Origin: Lytechinus pictus
Lineage: Eukaryota
DNA: 64,000 nucleotides
Assembly: GCF_037042905.1 (NCBI RefSeq)
Contig: NC_087246.1
Location: 8,186,001-8,250,000, forward strand
Direction of reading: 5' to 3'
Each line of letters begins with the position of its first letter. Position 1 is the first letter of the stretch. Position numbers and translations under genes: made by a program. The notes beneath the pieces are model-generated. The model was not told the DNA's origin and did no database searches. It was given only the letters and a program-made list of their open reading frames with translations. Below are positions 1 to 13,409 of the stretch, piece after piece.

Positions 1-363
1 GTCAATCCAATCTTGTGAAGTATTTCATTCTTGCATGACAAAATTTGAATAAATACAATTTTATATGATAAAATACTATGTGGGGATATGAAATCATCAG
101 CTTGCATATTCATAAAGATGTGCATAGAACTGTTTTACCAAATAATGCAAAACATTTTTTGTTAATGTCATTATTATGTTTTCCTTAACAGATATTGGTG
201 AAATTTTTAGTATGTTGTTTGTCTGATTTTATTCTATCTCTTCAAATCATATAATTTTCAACTTGGAGTACATCTTTAGCAATTACTGTTTATCTTTCTG
301 CTTTGTTTATGACTCATATGCAGCAGCCAAATAAAAATAAAAGAAGATAAGTGCTGCAAAGCT

Positions 364-3300
364 TCAGAGGGCGGCACACATTTCAACAGTCTCTTGAGAA
401 GAGTTATTCTCCTCCATTCTTTGTTTATCTGTAAAACCATCCCCATAACCCATGCTCTCCACTAAATTTGGTTTCTCATCACACATTGGGCAGAGCTGGT
501 TCCGTTGCTGTGACGACCGCATCCAGATGATAAGGTTATAGCGTTCCCCATCACTAATGGGCATGGCACCATGCATGTGTTGTCCTCTGTGGAGTAGACC
601 AATGCTCTTTTGATGCTGGAATCTGGTGTATCTTGTCTCATTACAAGGCATCTGTAAAAATAAATACAATGGGTAATTAAGACAACTCATCTAGACAGGA
701 AGTAGCAGTGCTACATCTGAATTTTTCAAATCCCCCGGCCCCACCACCATCGAACGATATATGGTATTAAAACGCTGAGAAGTTGAGTTAAAAGTACCTA
801 TTTGATTTTTTAAGGAGAAAACCCCACTTGTGATGAGATATATCGCTATATAATAGAGTCTGATTCCAATCTAAAATTCTACAATCAATCAAGTACCGAA
901 GATCAGGAGATAACAACAGCTTATTTATATAAAGCATTAATTGAAAATACCTCTTTTTTATGCACTGATTGTTTTCCAAAGTGTAATGCAATTGTAAACC
1001 TGTTCATTCATTTACATTTTCTTAATAATTATCACATTATGAATACTGGCTTATTCAACTTGAAATGACAAGTTAATCCTTTTTGTCTGGAAGGAAAATT
1101 TCTATTAAAGGGGATAATTTTCCTGCTTCTGTTCATCTCCTTCATTTCTAAATTATATTTTGTAATGAGCCAAAATATGTGTGGGCTGTTTTTTTACATG
1201 CAACTTAGGGAAGTTAGTTGGTTTTAATAAAAGCAGAAAAATTATAGAAAAATATTGGTTAAAGTTGGATGAAAATCCATAAAAGAATAAGACAGTTATG
1301 ATTTTTAAAAGTTTTTAATGTGTGACATCATACTTAGTATGCGAGCAGCTTTCCCATATATCATGTAGTATAAATAAATTCCATTAATGGAATATCATGA
1401 ATACAAATATTTTTCTTAAAGAAGGGGGTATGAAATGGTATGTGGTATGACATATCCCCAGGAAAAATAAAATCATTTTAATTTATTTTTGCAGATAATT
1501 GTATTTGGGTAATTCATATCACACACAGAAAAATTGAAGAGTTGCTTGCTTGTGATGTCAGACGATCAAAACTTTAGATATTCATAAATCTGTTATTCTT
1601 TGATGGATATCATCAATCAAATATCCCTAGGAAAAATAAAATCATTTTAATTTATTTTTGCAGATAATTGTATTTGGGTAATTCATATCACACACAGAAA
1701 AATTGAAGAGTTGCTTGCTTGTGATGTCAGATGATCAAAACTTTAGATATTCATAAATCTGTTATTCTTTGATGGATATCATCAATCAAACCTTCACCAA
1801 TATATTTTTTAATTTTTTCTGCTTTTGTTAACACCGTGACCAAGTCAACACCCACCCCCTTTCAAAAGAACTAAATAGCCCTATTTAGCCCACATATTAT
1901 TTCACTGGCTGGTAATCTGATTACCTGTCTCATGTCTCCAAAGTATAGCTCTCCATCACTAAACTCCTTGCCCAGGCTCACATTGATGGTCACCTCAGCA
2001 TTGTCATAGTGATAGTTCAGATCCACATCCTCGCCTAGCTTGTATTTCACAACGAAAGCCCTGTGAGAGTCTAAGCTATTCCCTCCAACATCTGGATATA
2101 GGAGTGAGGTGATGGGTGCAAGGTAGTCAATTCGAAGAGGATTCAGGAAGTTAATGTCAAAGCCAAGCTCCATAAGGAGGACCTAATGTAGATAATGGGA
2201 AAGGTTGCAATTAGTATCAAATTGATGAAACAGCATTTTTGGGAGCATGAAAACGATCATTGAAAATCCTATTCTAAATTGCTAAAGGTTAAAATTATTT
2301 TAAAATCACTAAATAAGAAGCTTCATGGTAAAATATTTTTAAGAAAATAATTAAATGTCACTAAGAATGAAAGTGTTTTCATATCAGACATTCTGATTAA
2401 AAACAAATGGCTGACATCTTTGCATGAATGTTAACTACCAGTTGACTACATTCACTCTATCCTGTTGGCTTAGTATAGAACTGATTTCCAGAGGACAATA
2501 TAATAACTAGAAATATGTCATTAACTTGCCCCATAGTTGTTCATAGTATTTGGTCTTCCTTTAGGGAGAGTAGAATTCTCAAAATGTGCTATCTCCTCAA
2601 CAAACTGATCACAAAACTCAGCAGTGAAGACAGGAAAAGAAAACACCCGATTTGCTGAAATAGAATTTTAAAAAATATATGTTTACTCCTTTGATCCAAT
2701 ATAATATCAAACTGAATTATATATCTAAGTGATATTGATAGGTAGGGACAGTGCAGGGAATTTGGTTGGGAAAAAGAATACCTCTCCCTTCTTTCCCCCC
2801 TTTTTTCACTACTTGAAGAATCATACAGGGGAAATGACCCCTGCCTTCTTTGGGGTTCAGTTGGACTTCAGTAACTTTGAGAGAACCAAGGGCCCCCTTA
2901 TTTTAATATAAAATTTGAATTCTATTTTATGATGACAATCCTTCTTAACAAATGTATATTTTTTGCTTTAAAGCTAGTCAATATTATGATCCATGGGAAA
3001 TTCCTCCCGATTTCTCCAGCATTAAGAAGAGGTGATAAAAATATTTATTTTCTGTAAAATACAAAACAAATTTAAAGTAGCCGCTATCAAGACCTTGCAT
3101 GCTAGATGGAACCATTACAAATTCTACTATTAATGGAAATATATGTTACTGACAAGATTACATAGTTACCTTTTTCTTTTGTTAATCTTTTAACTAACCC
3201 CTCTGAACTGGCACTCATGCTTTGGCAGTATTCAACAATTTTTAAAAACTCTGGTGCAAAATAAGACTCCTATTAAAAACAATGAAATAAAAAACAGGCA

Positions 3301-6300
3301 ATATAGCTTGCTTTAATATAGTTCTATCATCTGAATGTCTATGAAACTTATTATATAATGGTAAATTCATATTTCAAAGCAGGATATGGGGGTAGTAAAG
3401 AGAGAGAGAAAGGGAGAGAGAAAGAGAGAGAGAGATATACATATATAGGTAATGATAATACTAGAATCAGAAGAAAAGCAGGAGCAAAAGAAGAAGAGAA
3501 ATGAAGAGCAGAATGAGAAAGAACCATTGTTTCTATTATAGAAGGAATAGTTTCAAATTAAATGATTAATGAATTTTCAGGCCTTTCACATCATTATCTC
3601 AAAGAACAGGCATATATAACACATTTTCTTCAAACTTCAACTCTATGAATATGTAGGTGTGCTAGTGTTGCCACCCCCAATTTTCTACCAATAATTTGCT
3701 TTAAAAAAAAGCACTTGTTGACAAATTTCATAATTTAGCTGATGAGAGAGACAAATATGAGTCTTGTAAAGACAGTGGTGTTGTTTTTACTCAGAAAATA
3801 CCTTGGAAATATTCACCTCAGGTTGATCTACAAATTCCTTCATCTTACCCATGTGTGTAGTGTATGATTAATTTATCAATTTATAGATTCATTCATTAAT
3901 ATGATTATTTTTCATTATGAAAAAAGAAATTCAATATAAAACAATGGAAATTAGTAAAAGGTATAAAAAATATATGTGAAACATATCACAACTCCTATGG
4001 TCCTCATTCTAGTTTCAATACAAAACAAATATATTCAAATTATTACGGTAAGAAAAATACTTGCAGAGAACAATTAATTGGAAAGGTGAAATACCTGTAA
4101 TGTGTATAGATGGGGATAGAGAGGCTTGTAACCAGCTGAAATTTTCTCTTTTCTTTCCAAGAGCTGTGAGCCACGGAGCTTTCTTCTCTCTACTTCTGCT
4201 TTGACCTGATACAGAGGAAATTTTAAAATCCATTGTGTAATATGATATGTGGAGTACAACTAAATAGATAAGTAATTGAATTAAACAGATTTTAATGTCT
4301 TTGTAAAGCATCATATAACAGCACGATCATGTTTTTGATTGGTTTGGGTGAATTAGGTAGGTTTCATTTCATATCGGGAATTATAATGTAAAGAAGCCAG
4401 TGAAGCGATTTACTCTTTTATATACACTTCCAAAATAAATTTGATGTACCTACCTGAACCAATGCTGCATCTAATTCCTCTTCATTCTGACAACCCTTCT
4501 TCATTAGAATCTGCGTATATATGGGGAGACAAAAAGGAATGAGACGGTTAAACTTAAAGATTAAACATTATAGAAGGTCTGGTTTTGCATTTATTGACAT
4601 TTTCAACACTGTAATTTAATAGAATGTCTAGCCATTAAAATGAGTAATGCAAATTAGAAAATGTTGAATGAATTCATTAGTTGGTGCAGTATTGTGATTT
4701 GTGCACTTATGATGAAATGCTATGAAAGTGTGTAAACCTGGCAAAACTACAAAAAAGCCTGCAAAAATGGTCATTGAGCAATTCAGTTACAGTGGATATT
4801 CAAGAAAATCTTTGACAAAGAATCTTTCAGGTCATTTACCTGAACGCATTAAACACTATATAAGAGTGGGTGATTTTCGTGTTTTCAGTAGAAATACAAT
4901 AAATACTGAAAAACAAAAATCCCCCACTCTTCTACATTTATGTTTTCATGCGTTCAGGTAATGACTTCAGTCACTGAACTGTCACACTCAACGTTTCCTT
5001 AATCCCTTTGTTACCCTATCCATCCGCACATACAATAATCTCACCACATGATTATTTTTTTCTGATCTTTTCTACTGGACGATCTTCTTTACTTTTACAT
5101 CTTTATTGGAAAAAAATTAGCATTGTCCTGCATGAAGAATTCCCCTCGTATCTGTCACTTTCCAATGCAATTTTGTATAACTGTACCTATATGCATGTGA
5201 TAAATGTAATATATATAATGTTTTATTACAAATGTTCATAATGTGAGCAAACAAATTTCTATGTGGACAATATAATGAAATTGAATTGAATTGACGAAGC
5301 TAATACTGGAGAATTATTGTCCTTTCATAGAGGTATACTCCTGGGACATATAGGTATTATTAATGTAAGAACTAAAATCTATTTCAGCTACTTAACTCAT
5401 AAAATGTTTTTAAAAATATATCCTCATTAAAAACTATTTGTTTTGCAGTGTAAATTTGACACCAACTTTTGGCTTTATTAGCAAATATACCTATGGCTAC
5501 CGCTCCTCAAATCGGCAAGAATCCTAAGAAAATGACATCATAAAGACCGATACAGAGGTATAGAATTTTTAAGATCAAGAGTGGAGGTATAAAGGTATAA
5601 AACACCTTAGATCTGCCATCAATTGCTCAAAGCAAATTGGTCTATGGTGCAGGTTAAAGATCTACTAATACTATGGTGCACTGCCTTAATGGCACATCGA
5701 AACCTATAATTGATAATGATTATTCAAATATAAATGGACAGCAAATAGTATTTATTCTGTTAAAATGAGACCTAACATAAATGGATACAAACTGAAAATA
5801 CCAAAGCATTAATTCACAACTGACTACAAAAATTAGGAAAAATATTGTTCGATCAGGAGCTGAACTGCATGCACAGAGACTGGGCTCAAGCTTATGAAAT
5901 TATGAATATTACAGAAACTAATGTTCACCGTATATCATCTCGGTCTCTGAATGGTACGTTGGTTGGTTTTCTACTCTCTTGCTTCATGATTTATATTTTT
6001 TACACCCAAACCACAAATTAAAAAGTAAACGAAGAAGAAAGAAAAAAAACTATATCAAACAGACAATCCACGTAGACACGCCCATCTCGCAGGCCTAGGC
6101 CGAGCTGATCACCTATCCCGCGCCTGCTCTGGCCAGGTAGACCGAAAGCTGCGTGCGCGTTCAGCACAAAACAAATGAGATTAGGCTCCGCCTACCGCGA
6201 TCATTTGAAGACAAAAATAAGCCCTCATTGACATTCATGAGCATGAAGATATTCATAATCCGGCCTTTTCATTGGCTAGGAGCGTCAATAATACGCGATT

Positions 6301-9300
6301 TCCCCGATTCTTTGTCATCGATACTAGTGGTATCGTGTTACAGAATTAATTATTCATTTGACCTCATTACGTCATCTAATTTATTCATTCTGAAACTTTT
6401 CTTTCCACACAAAAATGGACCTACGAACACTCCGGTGAGTACGTATAAATTGATATAACCACATTAATTCAGTGGACTATTTACACATTTCACACTGTAT
6501 TTTGTGATCTTAGGTTATTTCTTTAACTAATTAGAGAGGTTGCTATCATACTTCTGGTAAAGAAAAGCAGAATTTGGTCTTTGAAATTGAAGTTAGATTG
6601 TCATCGTCGCCCGGCCCAGTGCAGCCTGTATGTTGCTTTTCAGTGGTTATGCCGCTGTGTCAACCACATGTATTTTGTACGGGCTCCTAGCCGGCTGGGC
6701 ATCGAGAGAAAATCGGGCCGGGAGTCCACGATTGATTAAAATAAGAAGAATGAAGCTTCTTTTTGTACACTGTAGGCCTATAACGTTAGATCTAGAGGGA
6801 GATCTGCATCTATCTTCAGTAGATCGAGACTCAGTCAGGAATAGTCTGTGAAGCGGAGTGTGGAAGAAGATATGCCTGTCATCATTGTGTCAATCCTCAC
6901 TAGAGTCTAGATTCTCGTCAGTTTCAGATATCAAATTTATTTTGCATAACTTCAGGCTTCTTCTGCATTTAGCCCCCCACCCATTTTAATTCTTATTGTT
7001 ATTTATAATATATAGTTAGACTCGGTATTAGAAATAACATGCTGCTCTGCATGTTTGTCTTACTCTTATTATCAATAGATCAAGATCTAATTTTTAACTT
7101 GGTTAACAGAGCCTAGTCTTGCTTCTTAATTTTACTTCATCTGTTTATGTTATTTTTATCCATCGATGCTTGTACGTAGATCTAACGTTAGGCCTACCTA
7201 ATTCAAATCTATTACCAAGTATCTAGTCATCTAACTTTTACTTTCCCAACCCTCGACACGTACCCCCAGGGCCTAGGATCTAGGTCTATAATTTTAGGCC
7301 TAGATGTAGGTCTGGGCCTAAACGACTACATTTACATACTATGAGTATGACTGTCAGTGGACCAAGGAGATCTATCATCTAGATCTACTCTCGGTCAATA
7401 ATGGCAATGAAGGTTTAGCCAGGAATAAAAGTCAGACATCAAAAATTTCTAAATCGATATACATCTAGGTAAAGTCATCGAAGGGTTAGCTTTACATTCT
7501 AGGTCTAGATAGATCGAGAGTCTATTGATAGTCTAGATCTAGACCTTATTTAGATACATGAATGCTGTCACGAAGCACTGATTCTGGTTGGACTAGATCT
7601 ATACTGTTTTACAAATAGATCTAGACCTAGTGCATGAGATTATGAAATTATGTTGTTAAAATCAAATGAATTAAGTTTCGGAATAAAAAGATGCAGATCT
7701 TTTTTTTTTGGGGGGGGGGGGGGCAGACATGTGAAAAAATTTAGAGAAACCTAAAATTCAGAAAGCGAGGGCCTGAAGCGGCCAATATTACCTAGGGCCG
7801 TTTTGTGCATTTACTAAAGTAAATTGAAGGATGTCATGCAATTCTCTTTTCGATGAAGGTTTCACATTTCAGCTCTTACCCAAACCCCACCCCTATACAT
7901 ACGGCCATGAAAAAGATCACTTCTTATTATTGTTCTCTTTTCTTTCACAAACAGGTTGAGTTTGAAGAACAAGAAAAACAGTAGAGGTCTACCTATATGG
8001 TTCAAGATGATGATCATAAGTGCATGCATCATTTTGCAGATTCTCATCCAGGTATAAAACTTAAACTAACCCATACAAAATTACAGATACATTACATGCA
8101 TTGAATGTTAACCATGTTTACATTAAATAAAAATAATCCGAGCCACAAAGAGGTAGGATCTGTAATGAATATAGACACTTCTTAAATATACAGGCTCTCG
8201 AGTCTAAAATAGAACCAATACCAAAAGTTATGTACCTTGGGCAAATTTATAAAATACCGGTAAGGTCATGTCCTAGATCTACTAGTAATTAAATGGCCTT
8301 TTTATTTCCTATTTGTTTTAAACAAAGCAATATCTATTTTCCATATTTTACAAACATTCATTTTATTCATTCTTTAGTGTGATATTCATATTTCATATTT
8401 GTAGATTTACGATTTTTTTTAAATCTTGTTATTTTACATTTTGTCCAATAGGATGATGCAGTTTTACAATTTCCATGGAGGTGATTGATGATGATAAATA
8501 ATTGGTGAAGTAGGCCTAATAGAACAGCGACTAGACCACAAAGAGAAATACAACCTACAGCAGTTATATGAGTGAGTTAATTAGTGAATATTGTTAATAA
8601 TGGAGGTTGTTCACATTTTTTTGGCAACAAATAGACCTGCCTTTGAAAAACCCATTTCAATTTTGTTTTTAGATTATAGTTAGTGTCGTTTTTAATCACA
8701 GATCAAAATATTCTGTGCAACAAAACATATCAACTTTAATTCTGACTATTTATATATTTTACATATGTTGATTCATATATTCAGATTTATGAGAAATCTC
8801 TGACATTTTTTCATAGAGTACATGTAGTTATAATGGAGAGTGGTATGTAAACTGTATAGAACAGGTTTAAGTGATATGCTTTATGGAAGTACAAGTATAT
8901 AATTAGTAGAAGTAAGATTTCCTGTTATGTGTTGAAGAATCATATACGGTATATGTATAGTCTCACTTTTCTTAAAACATTTATGTTTTATAAATCACGA
9001 CAATTTTAATTTAAATTCATTGATTTTCTTTCTCTATTTTTTCAATCTGCAGGACTGGTGTAACAGATGTTTTCATTCAAGAAATCCAACAATTCAAGAG
9101 TCTGACTTAGGAACCACTTGATGAAGATGGAAAAGGTTTTTTTTTCCAAGTCCAATTTTTCAACAAAAAAAAAAAATTATTATCACAACCCAAAATTCAT
9201 GACGTATGAAATTTCTTGTTGATTTTCATTAAAACTGGTTGCAAAAGGAGAAGCTATAAACATCCAAATAGGAGCGGCGGAGTGAAGTTGAAAGTGGGGG

Positions 9301-12145
9301 GGGGGGGCATAGGAAAAATGTTGTATTACGTGAAATTTTTAAGAAGTTGCGAGCGAGCAAAATTTTGACATTTTAAAAAAGAAAATCTAAAATATTCAGA
9401 ATGATATATTTCACCCTTTTCTCTTTTTTTTTCTTGGTCGTGATTTTTTTTTTTTTTTTTTTTTTTGGGGGGGGGCAAGAGTCCTTCAAGCCCCCCCCCC
9501 TCCATCTGTACGAAACTGCTTATATACCCCCACTCATGAATTATTAAACTTAATGCACAAAGGATTTCATTCATAAGTATATTATCGAAATAAGAATATA
9601 TTTTTCTTGTTTCAAAGGGCAATCGTCATGGTGGCCATAAAACGGGTCCTTCTCAGGTGAAAGGGGCACAGAACAAGTTCTTTAGGAGCACTTTTCTTGG
9701 GTAAAAGGGGGCAGTGATTCGAGAAAGGGCACTTACAAGAAGGCGAGGGGGCACTCTTTAACACATGAAACGGGCCCTCAGATGTAAGGGCACAGAACAC
9801 GTTCCAGGGGGGGGGGCATTTTGGGGTTAAAAAATTGCATACAAGGAAGAGCACTTGGTAACACCTAAAACGGGTTCTCGTCAGGTGAAAGGGACACAGT
9901 ACACGTTCGTGAGGGGGCATTTTTCTTGCATAAAAAGGCACTTTTCAGTGCTTAAAGAAGTGGGGGGAACTGTGCCCCTCCCCAGGATCGCTGCCCCAGC
10001 ATACAAAAAAAATATTCTTTTGGTTCAAAGTATTAACATACGCTTAAGAAAAAGGTAAAGCTTAATCCTCTGGTAATGTGATATTTTTTATGGCTAATTA
10101 ATAAAATTCACCACTAACCAGAGAATTCCTTTATGTCTTTCATTTGTGTTCATATAGTATTTGTACAGAGCTAAAATGAAAGGGATTTGGAATTTGCAAA
10201 ATTCAAAATGAGATGAAGATCGAGAGAGGGAAAGAGTGATGAGAAGAGGATTGAAAAGAGATGAGAAAGAAATGGAGGGGCACATATGAAGAGATAATTT
10301 AGAGCGGGGGGGGGGGGGTGGTAAGAGAGCTAGAATGTGGGAAGTAGGAACAAAAGGGGTGGAAGAGAAATAAGACGAGATTTATGGAAACCAGGAGACA
10401 GATAACAAGTGGGAAAAGAAGAAGGAAATATATGAAGAGTTTAGTTGCAAAAGGGGTTAGGGCCACTTTGGACCATTCCGAGAAAAACCATGTTTTTATT
10501 CTCACTTATTGCAATATTCTTATGAGAAACTAAATTGTCATGATGTACTACTCTATCATGTGAACATAAAATTGGGTATAAAAGAAATCTACCCGTCTTC
10601 AATTTTTTTCTATATACTTAAAAAAAAATCATTGTGTACCTAACCCCTTTTGCAAGTAAATTGAAGTGAATCCAATCTCTTTTGATTAAAAAAGTGATTT
10701 TTTTTTTCCATTTCCATTCACGTTTTCATTTGAATTTCAATTTTTCTTTGGTATCATCAGAGTGACTGAAAATTTAGAGGTTTAGAGACAGAAAACAATA
10801 AAATATATGAAAAATGGACCTAACCCCTTTTGACAAATGAGTTCTTCAGAAGAGTTTAGTTGCAAAAGGGGTTAGGTCCACTCCAAGAAAATAATTCTTT
10901 TTTAATTCTCCCATATTGCAATATTCTTATGCGAAACTGAATTTCCATGATACCCTACCATGAGAACATGAAATTGGGTATAAAAGATATTTACTTGTCT
11001 TCATATTTTTTAAGATATTATTTTCCAAAAAAAGTCTGTGTGGACCTAACCCCTTTTTCAACTAAACTTAAATGGACCTAACCCCTTTTGAAAAAAAGGT
11101 GATTTTTCTTTGCCATATTAGTTCACTTTTTAATAGCCGAATTCCAACTTTTCTATGGTATCATCTTATATAGCTACTAAAAATCTTTACATTAAGACAT
11201 AAGAATCAAGTTTGATGAAAAATGGACCTAACCCCTTTTGAAAATGAGCTCTACATATGTAGGAGAAAAAAAGGCGGCACAAAAGAATTTTGAGTGGGAA
11301 AATGATTAAATGGAAAAAAACAGAGTAAGAAATGCTGGAGAATAAAGGGGACAGGAAACGTATTAAACATGATAAATTGGGGCCCGTTTCATCATGAGTT
11401 ACAAGTATGGTAATTACGATTTAGGGATGGCAAAAGCACTAGAGACCTCTTTACCTAATCACGACTCGATCTACCCTTTTCATCGTCCCTTTTGGAATTA
11501 GCAAAGGCCTATAAGACGCAATAAAAAAAGGTTGCTTTGTTTATAAGTGATATCGCTTGTGATATCGATACTTTATAGAGCGCAACGTATCGTCTCAGAT
11601 TTGCGCTTGCTTGATTCGCTGAATCCTTCGCGTCACGAGCGCGTAACAAAATGAATACATTAATGAATTTGCCAAGTTGACCTTTGTCATTGCGCTGGTG
11701 TGCGTATTGTCTAATACACGTACAAAACCACAGTTGACGAGGGAGCATCGTACGAAATTAATATTAATGAGGGCTTATTTTAGCTTCTAATGGATTAAAC
11801 AAAATGGCGGTAGCTTCGGGGGCTTGGTCTAGTAATATATTATAAGGTCTTTGGGCCAGGCCCACTAGCAAGTTATCAGCGCATAGCGCATGCTATGCAG
11901 CATATGCGTGCGTGATGGTGCGATTGCGAATATTGCCATTCTTGGGATGCTATCGAAATCCACGAATCTTAGTTGAGCTAAGTCTTAAATTTTACCTCTT
12001 TCCATGAACTCTTGAAAAGCTTGTCGTCCTCAAAATACGTGACATGTTGTTTGAATTTCTTGAGAAATATATTGTGGGTGAAGAAGCAGCCACAAACGAA
12101 AAATCTCTCTGGGCCTGGGAAGACCGTTGACTTTGTCACCGACAT
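364..12145 (-). CDS. OGFOD2: 2-oxoglutarate/Fe(II)-dependent oxygenase domain-containing protein 2, about 362 aa, 7 coding exons
   Basis: Hand-spliced exons (minus): 12145-11996 (MSVTKSTVFPGPERFFVCGCFFTHNIFLKKFKQHVTYFEDD...), 4510-4454, 4205-4095 (VKAEVERRK...YKPLYPHLYTLQ), 3269-3170, 2654-2530 (...PKGRPNTMNNYG), 2182-1925 (...LDSHRAFVVKY...NYHYDNAEVT), 651-364 (...HRGQHMHGAMPISDGERYNLIIWMRSS...CPMC). All phases join in frame (1089 nt). The HxD...H...R 2OG-Fe motif is present and the sequence resembles vertebrate OGFOD2 as I recall it. Confidence 0.93.
1105..1862. mobile_element. Kolobok-like MITE with an internal 169-bp tandem duplication (1452-1620, 1621-1789)
   Basis: TTAAAGGGG start. Arms at ~1229-1360 and ~1680-1826 are inverted. 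The right arm contains a near-identical direct duplication. Confidence 0.6.
4831..4965. repeat. Imperfect palindromic element
   Basis: GTCATTTACCTGAACGCAT...TTTTCAGTA / TACTGAAAA...ATGCGTTCAGGTAATGAC. Confidence 0.7.
10430..11257. mobile_element. Head-to-tail dimer of a ~415-bp MITE
   Basis: Two units (10430-10848, 10849-11257). Each starts GAAGAGTTTAGTTGCAAAAGGGGTTAGG and ends GGACCTAACCCCTTTTG...GAGYTCT. Confidence 0.7.
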
Positions 12146-12347
12146 GGTACGGTACGGATCATACAGATGTTTGTTTTTCCGGTCAGGTTTCGGTGGTAAT
12201 GCGTTACGAGTGCATTGTGACCGAAAATAACCTTAATACTTTTCTAGCTATGTGCGTACGTTAAATCGGGGCGCCGTTTTTCGTTTGATAAAGCTAGCTG
12301 ATCAGGGATTGAAAGCCAATATCAGGTAGGCCTTAATAACAGTACAG
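12146..12347. promoter_or_regulatory. Bidirectional promoter region between OGFOD2 and ZSWIM7, including a probable non-coding first exon of ZSWIM7
   Basis: CpG-richer patch directly upstream of the OGFOD2 ATG. A strong plus-strand donor (CAG|GTAAGG at 12347/12348) precedes the acceptor at 13377 of the ZSWIM7 ATG exon. Confidence 0.6.
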
Positions 12348-13409
12348 GTAAGGCATATTGAGTTAAAGTTTCACTGAAGTTCTGTTGAGTTGAACACCAA
12401 AAATCAATCTCCTTTTCTTTCATTTTGCTTTCACCCGAGTTAGTCTGTACTTTAGACTATTAAAGTAAGAGAGTTAGACTGTACTGTAAATGTAGTGGTC
12501 ACTGTTGTGTTAGTGAGTGAGTGTTGAGTTTTTTTTATTTTTTAACTTGGGCCAGCCCAGGCTTTCTCAGGCTCAGCCATGCTTTTAATAAATCGTTTAA
12601 AAATAGTGTAGGCTCCTAGTAAAGTTTAGCCAGGTTTCTATTACTTTTACAGTCAGTAACTTTAGATGTACTATTTTTACGAGACAAAGCTTGTAAAATC
12701 GCCTTCCTCTATTAACTAAAGTTGAGTAAAATAACCCTTGGCAATAAACAGATCAGCCAACCATTTAAGACTAAGAATTTAAGGCCTTGTGTGCACGTGC
12801 TACAAAGGTCAAAACTCATACTATCACGGTCTCACGGACCTATGTCAGATTGTCGTATCCCCAAATCATATTAATATAAATTTTCATGACTTTCACTTTA
12901 TATATACCGTAATGATAATCATCACTGTATGTTGCTGTTTTTTCCCCAGTATGCATGAAATGGGCCTAATGAATTATCATAGTTTTAATCACTCAAGGGT
13001 TCATACATGCCGCCGCGCATAGAAAAATCAAGCCATAGAAGTCGTGTAATGTGGACACCAGAAGTGGGATCGCAGGACGCGCGACACACTAGTTAGAAAT
13101 CCACTGCCAAATGCGGTTCATGGTGCGAGGTTGGTATACTATTTAAAGTAATAGTACTAACCTCGCAATACGTGTGAGTTTTAATAAAAAGGAAAGTGAG
13201 GGCAATCATACAAAATGCATTGAATTATTTAAATTCTATTGCTTCATTATTTTTCTAAAATTTTGATAGAGTCCTTTCTTTTTTTTTGTATGGGTTTAAT
13301 CTATTCTATTAAAAATATTTTTAGCATGAAACTTTGTTGATTATACCGGTTTCTATTTGTTTTCCCACTAACTCCAGATTATTAGAACAAGGACTAAATT
13401 GAAGGACAA

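Noticed and set aside
9326..10505. Short ORFs in the ORF track
   Set aside because: They derive from homopolymer-rich repeats and have no protein-like signal. The same applies to most other 60-110 aa ORFs.
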